Of a stretch of 64,000 nt of DNA, positions 36,642-45,368 are shown piece after piece. This DNA is from Actinomycetota bacterium. GTDB taxonomy: Bacteria; Actinomycetota; CADDZG01; WHSQ01. The position numbers were made by a program, and so were the translations under genes. The stretch spans positions 624 to 64,623 of the forward strand of contig JBOGWV010000177.1 in assembly GCA_050693975.1 (NCBI GenBank), written 5' to 3'. The number at the start of each line of letters is the position of its first letter. The first letter of the stretch is position 1. The notes below the pieces were generated by a model. The model searched no databases. It had not been told where the DNA came from and saw nothing but the letters and a program-made list of their open reading frames with translations.

Positions 36642-37581
36642 CCGCATTGTCATAGCGAGCCGCGGCTCGAAGCTCGCACTCCGCCAGACCGAGATCCTCA
36701 GCCGGCAACTGCGCGCACACAAGTCCTCACTCGAGGTCGAGGTGGTGACCGTGTCCACAACGGGTGACAGGGACAAGAACCGTTCCTTTGCGGACCTGGG
36801 CACCAAGGGCATCTTCACCAGTGAGGTCGAACGAGAGGTACTGGCCGGGCGGGCCGACGTCGCACTCCACTCCGCCAAGGACCTCACCGCCCAACTCGCT
36901 GAAGAGTGCGCGCTCATCTGTGTTCCCGAGCGCGCCGATGTCCGAGACGTCGTCGTCGGTGGCGAGGGCGAGGCTGGTGAGGAGCGATTGAGCGCCCTAC
37001 CGGCGGGCGCGCGCGTCGGCACGTCGAGTATGCGCCGGCGGGTGTTGCTCACCGAGATGCGACCGGACCTCGAGGTCGTCGAGTTTCGTGGCAATCTCGA
37101 TACGCGCCTCCGTAAGGTCGCGGACAAAGACGTTGATGCCGCGGTACTGGCGGCGGCGGGCATCGCGCGGCTCGGCGGCGTCGAACGATCGACGTTCGCC
37201 CCCCTCCACCCAGGGCGCTGGGTCCCGGCTCCGGCTCAGGGGGCGCTGGCCGTGGAGGCACGGGCCGACCGCTCCGATCTGGCCGCGCTGTTCGGGGGCA
37301 TCGCCGACTCACGGGCGGCCGCCGAGGTGGAGTGCGAGCGCGCCTTCTCCGAGCGCCTCGAGGGCGGCTGCTCCGTGCCCCTCGGGTGCCACGCGGTCGC
37401 GAGCAACGGGAGCCTCCTCGTGACCGGGCTCCTGGGCTCTCCCCACACCGACCAGATTCTGCGCGACCGTATATCCGGGCCCCTGGCACGGGCCGCGGCC
37501 CTGGGGGCCGAGCTCGCCGAAGCGATTCTCGCGGCGGGAGGCACGGAGATCCTCGAGGACATCAAGGAGCTGGAGTCATGA
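36625..37581 (+). CDS. hemC: Hydroxymethylbilane synthase (porphobilinogen deaminase)
   Basis: IASRGSKLALRQTE, GDRD, HSAKDL, and the dipyrromethane Cys in LEGGCSVPLG. Overlaps hemA by 17 nt. Confidence 0.9.
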   Translation: MTSTPDRIVIASRGSKLALRQTEILSRQLRAHKSSLEVEVVTVSTTGDRDKNRSFADLGTKGIFTSEVEREVLAGRADVALHSAKDLTAQLAEECALICVPERADVRDVVVGGEGEAGEERLSALPAGARVGTSSMRRRVLLTEMRPDLEVVEFRGNLDTRLRKVADKDVDAAVLAAAGIARLGGVERSTFAPLHPGRWVPAPAQGALAVEARADRSDLAALFGGIADSRAAAEVECERAFSERLEGGCSVPLGCHAVASNGSLLVTGLLGSPHTDQILRDRISGPLARAAALGAELAEAILAAGGTEILEDIKELES

Positions 37582-39194
37582 GCGGCGCAGGCTGGGTCTA
37601 TCTCGTTGGTGCGGGGCCGGGCGATCCCGGGTTGGTAACCGCGCGTGGTCTCGCCCTCGTTCGGTCCTGCGACGTGTTGTTGTACGACCGGCTGGTTCCG
37701 CCGGAGCTGCTCGACGAGGCGCCCAACGCCGAGCGCATCTTCGTCGGCAAGAGACCCGGCGAGGAGCACTCGCGACAACTCGTTGCCGACGCGCTGATGA
37801 TCGAGCGCGCCAAAGGCGGTGCGATGGTCGTGCGACTCAAGGGCGGAGATCCATTCGTGTTCGGGCGCGGCAGCGAAGAGCTCGAGCTGCTCGTGCAGTC
37901 CGATGTTCCCTTCGAGGTCGTGCCGGGAGTGACTTCGGCGACAAGCGCCGCGGCCTACGCGGGTATCCCGGTCACTCACCGCGGTGTCGCCCGGAACTTT
38001 GCGGTGCTGACGGCCAACGAAGAGGCCGAGGGCTCCATTCCCTGGGACCAAATGGCCACCGGGCCCGACACCTTGGTGTTGATGATGGGCGTGCGCGCGC
38101 TGCGGAGTGTCGCTACTCGCCTCATAGCCAGGGGACGAGACCCACAGACACCCGCGGCGGTGGTCGAGTGGGGCACGCTTCCGCGCCAGCGCGTGGTGAC
38201 GGGGCCGCTCGAGAAGATCGGCGAGCTCGCCGCCGACGCGGCGATTAGGTCTCCTGCAACCACCTACATAGGTGAGGTCGTGAAGCTTCGCGACACGATC
38301 TCCTGGTTCGAGCGACGCCCGTTGCACGGTGTACGCATCGTGGTGACGCGCGCTCAGCACCAGGCTCAGGCGTTCGGCGACATCCTCGCGGAGTCGGGGG
38401 CCGAGGTCATCTACCTTCCGACCATCGAGATCGTAGATCCGGAGAGTTTCGTCGACGTCGATCTGGCCGCGAAGAAGCTGGCCGAGGGTCTGTATGCATG
38501 GGTGGTGTTCACCTCGGCTAACGGGCTCGAGAAGTTCTTCGAGCGGATCGACGCCTGCGGCTACGATGCCCGGGCGTTCGCCAGAACCAAGGTGGCCGCG
38601 GTGGGCAGCGTGACGGCCGCCCTGCTGGCCGAGCGCGGGATCAAGGCCGACTTCGTGCCCGAGACCTTCACCGCGGAAACTCTGGCCGCCGGGATGGATC
38701 GGGGCGTGGGCCGCGTGTTGCTGCCACGAGTCGAGAACGGGCCGAGCGACATCGTCGACCTTCTGCGCGGCTCCGGTTGGACCCCCGAGGATTGCGCCAC
38801 CTATCGCAACGTTCTTGGCTCGGTTTCGCAACCCTCGGTCGAGCGTGTCCGGGCCGGCCGAGTGGACGTCGTGACCTTCGCAAGCGCGTCGGCGGTGCGG
38901 GCGTTCGTCCAGCTCGTGGGTGATCCTCAGGAGCTGGGGCTCGGCCCTGAATCGGAGCCCCGCGAACTGAGCGTGGCCTGTATCGGCCCGACGACCGCCG
39001 ACGCGGCGCGCGACCTGGGTTTCCGAGTCGATGTGGTAGCCGAGGAGCACACCGCGCAGGGTCTCAACCACGCGCTGATCGAGCACTTCTCGGGCCTCGC
39101 AGCCGCGGAGCTCACCGATGAGGAGGACGAGTTCACCGAGGACGCCGACGACGCAGCGGGTTCCAAAGCCGATGATGCGACAATGGAGCCATGA
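37578..39194 (+). CDS. hemD: Bifunctional uroporphyrinogen-III C-methyltransferase / uroporphyrinogen-III synthase (CobA-HemD fusion)
   Basis: ATGA overlap with hemC. N-terminal VYLVGAGPGDPGLVT...RLKGGDPFVFGRG marks the TP_methylase domain. The C-terminal half is HEM4-like (VVTRA...FTSANG...). Confidence 0.9.
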   Translation: MSGAGWVYLVGAGPGDPGLVTARGLALVRSCDVLLYDRLVPPELLDEAPNAERIFVGKRPGEEHSRQLVADALMIERAKGGAMVVRLKGGDPFVFGRGSEELELLVQSDVPFEVVPGVTSATSAAAYAGIPVTHRGVARNFAVLTANEEAEGSIPWDQMATGPDTLVLMMGVRALRSVATRLIARGRDPQTPAAVVEWGTLPRQRVVTGPLEKIGELAADAAIRSPATTYIGEVVKLRDTISWFERRPLHGVRIVVTRAQHQAQAFGDILAESGAEVIYLPTIEIVDPESFVDVDLAAKKLAEGLYAWVVFTSANGLEKFFERIDACGYDARAFARTKVAAVGSVTAALLAERGIKADFVPETFTAETLAAGMDRGVGRVLLPRVENGPSDIVDLLRGSGWTPEDCATYRNVLGSVSQPSVERVRAGRVDVVTFASASAVRAFVQLVGDPQELGLGPESEPRELSVACIGPTTADAARDLGFRVDVVAEEHTAQGLNHALIEHFSGLAAAELTDEEDEFTEDADDAAGSKADDATMEP

Positions 39195-40168
39195 GCTCGT
39201 TCCCCTCCTACCGACCACGCCGGCTCCGGCGCACCCCGGGTCTGCGCAGGGCGTTCTCCGAGACCACCCTGGCCCCCTCGAACTTCATCGCTCCGCTGTT
39301 CGTGAAGGAGGCGATCGACGAGCCCGAAGCGATCGAGTCCATGCCCGGTCACTTCAAGCACACGATCGACTCGCTGACGAAGGAGGCACACGAGCTAGCG
39401 GCGCGCGGCGTGGCCGGGGTGCTGTTGTTCGGCATCCCGGAACGCAAGGACCCGCGGGGGAGCGAGTCCCACAATCCCGGAGGCATCCTGCAGCAGGGAC
39501 TGCGCGCCGTTAAGGACGAGCTGGGCGACGATTTCGTGGTCGTCGCCGACCTCTGCATGTGCGAGTACACAGATCACGGGCACTGCGGCGTGATCGCAGA
39601 TGAGGATGTCGACAACGACGCGACCCTGGATGTTTACGGGCGCATCGCGGTGAGCCAAGCGGCCGCCGGAGCCGACGTCGTCGCACCGAGCGGCATGATG
39701 GATGGGCAGGTGGACGCCGTCCGAGCGGCGCTCGACGATGCGAACCACCGACACACTCCGATCCTGGCCTACTCGGCCAAGTACGCCTCGAGCTTCTATG
39801 GACCGTTCCGCCAGGCCGCGGAGGGTGCTCCCCGCTTTGGCGACCGCCGCAGCTACCAGCAGGACCCTCCGAACCTCTCCGAGGCACTGCGCGAGGTCGA
39901 GCTAGACATCGCCGAGGGAGCCGACGCGGTCATGATCAAGCCGGCGCTCGGCTATCTCGATGTGCTGCGAGAGGTCAAGGAGCGGTTCGACTTCCCGACG
40001 GCCGCCTACAACGTCTCCGGCGAGTACTCGATGCTGATGGCCGGGGTGGAGCGAGGTTGGATCGACGAGCGCAACGCGACCCTCGAAGTGCTGACCTCCA
40101 TTCGCCGCGCAGGCGCCGACCTCGTCGTCACCTACCACGCCAAGAGGGCCTCCGAATGGCTGACGTGA
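39191..40168 (+). CDS. hemB: Porphobilinogen synthase (delta-aminolevulinate dehydratase)
   Basis: RPRRLRR, active-site region DLCMCEYTDHGHCG (Cys-rich, Zn type), and MIKPA Schiff-base Lys context. ATGA overlap with the upstream gene. Confidence 0.9.
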   Translation: MSSFPSYRPRRLRRTPGLRRAFSETTLAPSNFIAPLFVKEAIDEPEAIESMPGHFKHTIDSLTKEAHELAARGVAGVLLFGIPERKDPRGSESHNPGGILQQGLRAVKDELGDDFVVVADLCMCEYTDHGHCGVIADEDVDNDATLDVYGRIAVSQAAAGADVVAPSGMMDGQVDAVRAALDDANHRHTPILAYSAKYASSFYGPFRQAAEGAPRFGDRRSYQQDPPNLSEALREVELDIAEGADAVMIKPALGYLDVLREVKERFDFPTAAYNVSGEYSMLMAGVERGWIDERNATLEVLTSIRRAGADLVVTYHAKRASEWLT

Positions 40169-40200
40169 TCGGCGCGACTTCGTTGGTCGCGTAAGCGCGC

Positions 40201-41493
40201 ATGGATCGCTCCCGTTCGCACAAGCTGTTCGATGAGGCTCGCCACCTGATGCCCGGTGGTGTGTCGTCGCCGGTGCGCTCGTTCAACGCGGTCGGCAGCG
40301 ACCCCTTCTTCGTGCAGAGCGCGTCGGGGGCTACGATCACCGACGTCGACGGCAACCAGTACATCGACCTCGTTCAATCTTGGGGCGCGCTTCTGTTCGG
40401 CCATGCTCATCCCGAGATCGTGCGCGCCGTTTCGGACGCGGCGGCGCGCGGGACGTCGTTCGGCACTCCGAGCGAGGTCGAGGTCGAGATGGCGTGCACC
40501 GTCGTATCGATGATTCCGAACGTCGAACGCGTTCGGTTCGTGTCGTCGGGGACCGAGGCGGGGATGAGCGCGGCGCGTCTCGCTCGGGGCGCGACCGGTC
40601 GCAACAAGCTGCTCAAATTCAACGGGTGCTATCACGGACACATCGACGCGTTGCTGGTCGAGGCGGGATCCGGAGTGGCGACGCTGGGGATCCCTGGGAC
40701 CCCCGGTGTGACGGACGGGACCACGGCGGACACGATCACGTGCGAGTACAACGACCTCGATGCCGTGCGTTCGGCAGTCGAGCCGTTCGCGGACGACGTC
40801 GCCGCGATTCTCGTCGAGCCGGTGGCCGCCAACATGGGCCTGGTGGTCCCCAACGAAGGTTTCCTCGAGGGGCTTCGCACCATCGCCGACGACATCGGTG
40901 CACTGCTGGTGTTCGACGAGGTCATCACCGGGTTCCGGCTAGGTGCCGGCGGCGCCCAGGAGCGTTTCGGCGTGAGAGCCGACCTCGTCATGCTGGGCAA
41001 GATCATCGGCGGAGGTCTGCCGGTGGGTGCAGTGGCCGGTCCGGCCGAGCTTCTCGACCAGTTGGCCCCGACGGGCCCCATCTACCAGGCCGGCACGCTG
41101 TCGGGCAATCCGGTGGCGATGGCGGCGGGCCTGACCAACCTGCAGATGATTCAGGCCTCCCCAGGCATCTACGAGCGCATCCAGACTCGCGCTCGCTCGC
41201 TCGTGCGGGGACTGGTGGACGCCGCCGATCATTCCGCCACGGAGCCCGTCTACGCCGCGGCGATCGGGGGCCTCGCCGGGTTCTTCTTCGCCGAGGAGGA
41301 AGTGACCAACTACACGCAGGCCGCGGCCACCTCAGCCGACTCCTACGCCCGCTTCTTCAGAGGCATGCTCGAGCGGGGTATCTACCTGCCTCCGTCGCGC
41401 TTCGAGGCTCTGTTCCTCTCGGACGCTCACACCGAGGATCACATCGACCAGATCGTCCACGCGGCCGCGGATGTCCTCGCCACCCTCGGATAA
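40201..41493 (+). CDS. hemL: Glutamate-1-semialdehyde 2,1-aminomutase
   Basis: MPGGVSSPVRSF, FVSSGTEA, VFDEVITGFR, and the GKIIGGGLP PLP-Lys motif. Confidence 0.9.
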   Translation: MDRSRSHKLFDEARHLMPGGVSSPVRSFNAVGSDPFFVQSASGATITDVDGNQYIDLVQSWGALLFGHAHPEIVRAVSDAAARGTSFGTPSEVEVEMACTVVSMIPNVERVRFVSSGTEAGMSAARLARGATGRNKLLKFNGCYHGHIDALLVEAGSGVATLGIPGTPGVTDGTTADTITCEYNDLDAVRSAVEPFADDVAAILVEPVAANMGLVVPNEGFLEGLRTIADDIGALLVFDEVITGFRLGAGGAQERFGVRADLVMLGKIIGGGLPVGAVAGPAELLDQLAPTGPIYQAGTLSGNPVAMAAGLTNLQMIQASPGIYERIQTRARSLVRGLVDAADHSATEPVYAAAIGGLAGFFFAEEEVTNYTQAAATSADSYARFFRGMLERGIYLPPSRFEALFLSDAHTEDHIDQIVHAAADVLATLG

Positions 41494-41779
41494 GCGACCC
41501 GGCGAAGAGCCCGGGGACGACCTCGAGTCCCCCGAACGAAGTGACGCGCCCGAGACTGAGGGCGCGCCGTCGCTCGTCCATGCGTGGTGGGACCGGGTCG
41601 AGGCGTGGCGCCGCCTCATGCTCGGCGGCGCGCTCATCCTGCTTGCGGCCTCCGCAATGCAGGCATGGCTGAAGGACGACTTCCCCGACTCGGCAATGTT
41701 CGTGGCGAATTTCGGCGGCTATCTGCTGCTCGCCCTCGGCTTCGCGCAGTTCTTCCGTGACCGCCGTAAGAGGAAGTAG
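41471..41779 (+). CDS. Hypothetical small membrane protein (2 TM)
   Basis: C-terminal half LMLGGALILLAASAM...FVANFGGYLLLALGFAQFF, followed by RDRRKRK. The start is uncertain: 41471 overlaps hemL, and ATG 41618 is an alternative. Confidence 0.4.
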   Translation: MSSPPSDKRPGEEPGDDLESPERSDAPETEGAPSLVHAWWDRVEAWRRLMLGGALILLAASAMQAWLKDDFPDSAMFVANFGGYLLLALGFAQFFRDRRKRK

Positions 41780-41791
41780 GCGACGACCTCT

Positions 41792-42337
41792 CTAGAGCTC
41801 GCCGCTCAGGCGGGCAAGAAACCGGCGAGCGTACTCCCGGCCCTCGAGCGCAAGCTCCCGCCCGCGCGGCGTCGAGAACTCCGCCTTCTCTAGATTGCGT
41901 TCGTAAACGGCGATCGTCTCCTCGTAGGTATGGCCCTCCGAGCCTCCCTTGGTGAAGGCCTTCGCGATGCCGAAGGCCCCGATCGTCTCCAGGGCGTTCG
42001 CATCGTGCACGATTCGTTCCTCGACGCTCACCGGCGACGACCCATGGCGAACCAGCGCGACGTAGGCGGTGTCGATGGCGTCGTCGTTCCACCCGTCGGT
42101 TCGAAGAAACGCGCGCGTGGCGTCGGCAAACCAGGACCCACCCGCGATCTTGTCGGCGAGGCCATGCCAGGCCGCCAGGAAGTGCAGAAGTGGCCGGTCG
42201 TTGACCTTCAGTCCACGCTCGAGGCCGTCGAGGCGTTGCGCGATGCGCAAGATATGACCGAGATCGTGGGCCACGTCCTTAGAAAGATAATGAGGCCGCA
42301 CATAATCGAGATACCCGCGTAAGTCGCCCCGTGCCAT
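41792..42337 (-). CDS. HD-domain metal-dependent phosphohydrolase
   Basis: VAHDLGHILRI (the H...HD-like metal site) and HDANALE. About 180 aa, single HD fold. Confidence 0.7.
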   Translation of the reverse strand: MARGDLRGYLDYVRPHYLSKDVAHDLGHILRIAQRLDGLERGLKVNDRPLLHFLAAWHGLADKIAGGSWFADATRAFLRTDGWNDDAIDTAYVALVRHGSSPVSVEERIVHDANALETIGAFGIAKAFTKGGSEGHTYEETIAVYERNLEKAEFSTPRGRELALEGREYARRFLARLSGEL

Positions 42338-42395
42338 CGATCCAACATAGCTGCAAGAGCGAGCCGAGGGAGCGTGACTAAGACTTGGCGAGCGA

Positions 42396-42575
42396 TTAGT
42401 CTTCTTTGCCGAGGAAGTAGGCGAGGACCGCGCCGGTCACCACGAGCATGGCTGCGAACAGGATGAAGGCCCGCCCGCCCTGCTCGCCCGCGTTGACGCC
42501 GGGAGTGGAGCACGCGCTCATCCCGACCGCCACCAAGGCGGCGAGTGCGAATCTGAGCTTCCAAACGATCTCCAC
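42396..42575 (-). CDS. Possible 59-aa lipoprotein with a C-terminal TM helix (below the ORF-track cutoff)
   Basis: GTG start 5 nt after GAGGAG. Translation VEIVWKLRFALAALVAVGMSACSTPGVNAGEQGGRAFILFAAMLVVTGAVLAYFLGKED, with lipobox GMSA-C. Confidence 0.45.
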   Translation of the reverse strand: MEIVWKLRFALAALVAVGMSACSTPGVNAGEQGGRAFILFAAMLVVTGAVLAYFLGKED

Positions 42576-42602
42576 GTGAGCTCCTCTAGTCTCTGACTTG
42601 GC

Positions 42603-42622
42603 GCGATCGTCGAGACGATCGC
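42603..42622. promoter_or_regulatory. 20-bp palindrome GCGATCGTC-GA-GACGATCGC (copy 1 of 3)
   Basis: Perfect 9-bp arms. It lies in the 53-nt gap between the stop at 42629 and the start at 42575. Confidence 0.6.
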
Positions 42623-42628
42623 TGGTCG

Positions 42629-43402
42629 CTAGGTCTTGGTGGTGCCGTTGACGTCCTCGGTCAGTGCCCTGCTGCGTCGTTCTGAACGCCCCAGTCCAAA
42701 CAGGTGAGCCACCAACAACAGAAAACCGCCCGCCGTGATCATGCGCGCGGTTCCAAGGGGGTTGCCGGGATCGAGCTCGAACAGCGCGTACACGCGTGCG
42801 CTCTCATCGGGAAGCTCGCTCGCGGGGGTGGGGCTGGGTGACGGCACCGGCGACACCTCGAGCTGCTGGATGGGCTCCTCGGCCTCTTCTTCGGCCTCCT
42901 CCTCTTCGGGGGCCGGAGCCGGCTCCAACTGAACCGCTCCGTAGCGGACTCCGTCGGACTCGACGTAGCGCGCGCTGCCTTCCGACACGATGAGCTGGGC
43001 AGCGTCCTCGAAGGCCTCGATATCTCCCGACTCGATGCCCGCGCCGGCGGACTCGGTCGCCGCGCTCTCGAGCTCGGACGCGAGCGCTGCATCGTCCTCG
43101 TTCTCCTCGTCGAAGCTCTGCCACGGGGAGTCCGGGTAGCTACCGGCGCTGGGCCCCTCGAGCTCGGCCTGGTCTTCAGAGACCGAGACTTCCTCCCACC
43201 CGGGAAGCGCGCCGACCGGGCCCAACGGGTTGAGCGACCACACGAGCCCCATCATGACCAGGAACGCGAGCGTCACCGATGCGGTGATGAAGTAGGCCAA
43301 GCGCGCACCCAGAACCATCGTGAGCAGCAGCCACACGCTTCCGCAGAAAACGATGACGGCCGACACGACGGCAGCCACACCCTCGACGAAGATCGTATCC
43401 AT
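42629..43402 (-). CDS. Hypothetical membrane protein with an acidic low-complexity ectodomain, distal gene of the Rieske/cyt b cluster
   Basis: Start at MDTIFVEGVAAVVSAVIVFCG, sharing one nucleotide with the qcrC stop. Three N-terminal TMs, an E/D/A-rich region, and a C-terminal TM. Confidence 0.6.
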   Translation of the reverse strand: MDTIFVEGVAAVVSAVIVFCGSVWLLLTMVLGARLAYFITASVTLAFLVMMGLVWSLNPLGPVGALPGWEEVSVSEDQAELEGPSAGSYPDSPWQSFDEENEDDAALASELESAATESAGAGIESGDIEAFEDAAQLIVSEGSARYVESDGVRYGAVQLEPAPAPEEEEAEEEAEEPIQQLEVSPVPSPSPTPASELPDESARVYALFELDPGNPLGTARMITAGGFLLLVAHLFGLGRSERRSRALTEDVNGTTKT

Positions 43403-44454
43403 CAGAGTCCGCGCTCGTATTCCATGACCGCCCGGATCTGCGCGTCGGTAAGCGGATAGGTGGGCACCGGGGTGCCCTGAGCCGGAGCTTCTCCGAAGGC
43501 GGGCATGAATGCGAAGCGTCGCCCGTTTTGAACCGTCAGGTAGTGCTGGCGTTCGTCGAGGGCGGTCACGTCGCCCTTCCACAGGGCCATCCCCTGGTAC
43601 CAGGGATCGTTGGCGTCGCCCAAGCCCTCCTTCCCCTGCCCCTCGTCGCCGTGACAGGTCGCGCAGCGCGCCTGGAAGATGGCTTCACCGCAGCTCTCGT
43701 CGCCCGGCTCCGGGTTCCGGCAATTCTCGGGGAGCTCGTCGTTCGGATTGGTCTGATTATCGGGCAACGAGCGGAGAAAGGCGATGACGTCGGTGATCAT
43801 CTGCTCGGTCATGGGACCGCCGAACTCGACGCCCCATGCCGCCATCGGTGTACCCGGGCGGCCACGTTCGATGGTGAACCTCACCACCTCTTCGTCCCAG
43901 CGCTGGAACACCGCGTTGAGGGGCGGAGCGCGGTATGCGATCTCCGCTCCGGTTACCGGGTCGACGTAGGCGGGGAACGCCAACCCGCCACCGGCGGTTC
44001 CGGGGAGAATCTCGCCGGTGTCTTTGTCGACCGCGATGCCGCCGTGGCAGTTGGCGCAGCCCATGCCGAGCGAGATCGCCCGCTCCTCCTCTTTGAAGGC
44101 CACCGGATCGGCGTCCTCTTCGAGATCGGGGGGATCCTGGAACACGAACTTCCCGCGCGCTACCGACTCCTCGTCGAAGCGCTCCTGGAACGAGGCCTGG
44201 CGGTTGGCCTCGGGCAGCCAATAGACCGGGATGAACACCGCGGTGACCAGGGTGAACAGCACTCCACCGATCTGGATGCGCTCGAGCCTCTTGCCCTCGA
44301 GGGTCGAGTCGGGAGCACCCGGCCGCATGGCGTGCGGAATCCCGAGCAGCGCTCCCGGGGTGCGCGACGAACGGCTGCGCGCGATGAAGATGCCCCAGAG
44401 GACGATCGCTCCTCCCAGGATCAGCAGCGCGACCGTCAGTACGTTGGTGTCCAT
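43402..44454 (-). CDS. qcrC: Dihaem cytochrome c subunit (QcrC-like), membrane anchored at the N-terminus
   Basis: Two CxxCH motifs (CANCHG, CATCHG) and two N-terminal TM helices. Confidence 0.85.
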   Translation of the reverse strand: MDTNVLTVALLILGGAIVLWGIFIARSRSSRTPGALLGIPHAMRPGAPDSTLEGKRLERIQIGGVLFTLVTAVFIPVYWLPEANRQASFQERFDEESVARGKFVFQDPPDLEEDADPVAFKEEERAISLGMGCANCHGGIAVDKDTGEILPGTAGGGLAFPAYVDPVTGAEIAYRAPPLNAVFQRWDEEVVRFTIERGRPGTPMAAWGVEFGGPMTEQMITDVIAFLRSLPDNQTNPNDELPENCRNPEPGDESCGEAIFQARCATCHGDEGQGKEGLGDANDPWYQGMALWKGDVTALDERQHYLTVQNGRRFAFMPAFGEAPAQGTPVPTYPLTDAQIRAVMEYERGL

Positions 44455-44490
44455 CGCTGGCTCTTCGGTCTCCCTCTTGTCAGTTGAGTG

Positions 44491-45291
44491 CTAAACGGGC
44501 ACGCAGAACGCGCCGGATGGCTCTGCGAACTTGTCCCACGTGTTGGTGCCGCGCGGCGGGCCCGTCACCACCGTGCCCGTGTCGACCATGACCGAGCCAC
44601 CGCTGACGACGACTGGGAAGCGGTCCAACCCGCGTGGGGCAGGTCCGCCGTAGTACTCGCCGTTGAGACGGTACTTGGATCCGTGGCAGGGGCACTCGAA
44701 CAACGTCGACGTCGGGCAATGGGGGACCGAGCAACCCAGGTGCACGCACTTGCGGTACAACGCCACGAGCTTGGTGTCCACCGCAAACGTAGTCTCGTAG
44801 GCAACCGCGTCGCCGGTGCCCTCGTAGAAAGTGAGCCAGAACCGACCCTCGGGGATGAACAGCGGAGCGAAGTCGTTGGCGGCCCCCACCTGCTCGAGAA
44901 TGTCGTCGTAGTTGCCCGCGTTGATCTCGGTGCCAAAGCCGCCCAGCACCTTGGGCCACAAGAAGCTGAGCGTGCTCATCCCAAAGAGTCCGAGAAAGGT
45001 AAGGAAGCTCCCCGTCCAGGCGCGGTTGAGGAACTGACGCCTCGACACCGCGAGTTGCTCGTTGGTGAGCGGCTTCTTTTTCTTTTCGGGAATCTTCTTC
45101 ACCGGCTCCGGCTCCGAGGGGGCCTCCGGCTCCTTGCGATCGGGAGCTTCGACGGTCGCGGTCCCGCCCGAGCCGGACGCGCTGGCCAGGGCCGCCTTGC
45201 GCTCGCGACGGATCGCGATGTTGGCCATGAACAGCCCCCACCCGGCGACGCTCAACGCGACGACTATCAGTGCAATCGTTCCTGGACTCAT
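44491..45291 (-). CDS. qcrA: Rieske [2Fe-2S] subunit
   Basis: CVHLGC...CPCHGS cluster-binding boxes. A Tat-like SRRQFL precedes the second TM. Confidence 0.9.
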   Translation of the reverse strand: MSPGTIALIVVALSVAGWGLFMANIAIRRERKAALASASGSGGTATVEAPDRKEPEAPSEPEPVKKIPEKKKKPLTNEQLAVSRRQFLNRAWTGSFLTFLGLFGMSTLSFLWPKVLGGFGTEINAGNYDDILEQVGAANDFAPLFIPEGRFWLTFYEGTGDAVAYETTFAVDTKLVALYRKCVHLGCSVPHCPTSTLFECPCHGSKYRLNGEYYGGPAPRGLDRFPVVVSGGSVMVDTGTVVTGPPRGTNTWDKFAEPSGAFCVPV

Positions 45292-45348
45292 TGGTGCTCC
45301 CTCATGTTGCTGCCTTCGTTTCTGCCGAAGTTCCCTTTCTGTTCCTGC

Positions 45349-45368
45349 GCGATTGTCGAGACGATCGC
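45349..45368. promoter_or_regulatory. 20-bp palindrome GCGATTGTC-GA-GACGATCGC (copy 2 of 3, one mismatch)
   Basis: Lies in the 76-nt gap between the subunit IV-like gene stop (45368-45370) and the qcrA start (45291). Confidence 0.6.

Noticed and set aside
37236-39218. 660-aa ORF on the minus strand, the longest unexplained ORF in the track
   Set aside because: It lies exactly antisense to the CobA-HemD gene, which has unmistakable methyltransferase and HEM4 motifs on the plus strand. The antisense translation is Arg/Gly/His-rich with no recognisable domain, which is typical of stop-poor antisense frames in G+C-rich DNA.
40380-41672. 430-aa plus-strand ORF overlapping hemL in another frame
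   Set aside because: The translation is dominated by Arg, Gly and Pro runs. hemL in the neighbouring frame has full aminomutase motifs, so this is an alternative-frame artefact.
43528-44487. 319-aa plus-strand ORF
   Set aside because: It is antisense to the dihaem cytochrome c gene. It has no motifs, so it is a G+C-driven open frame.
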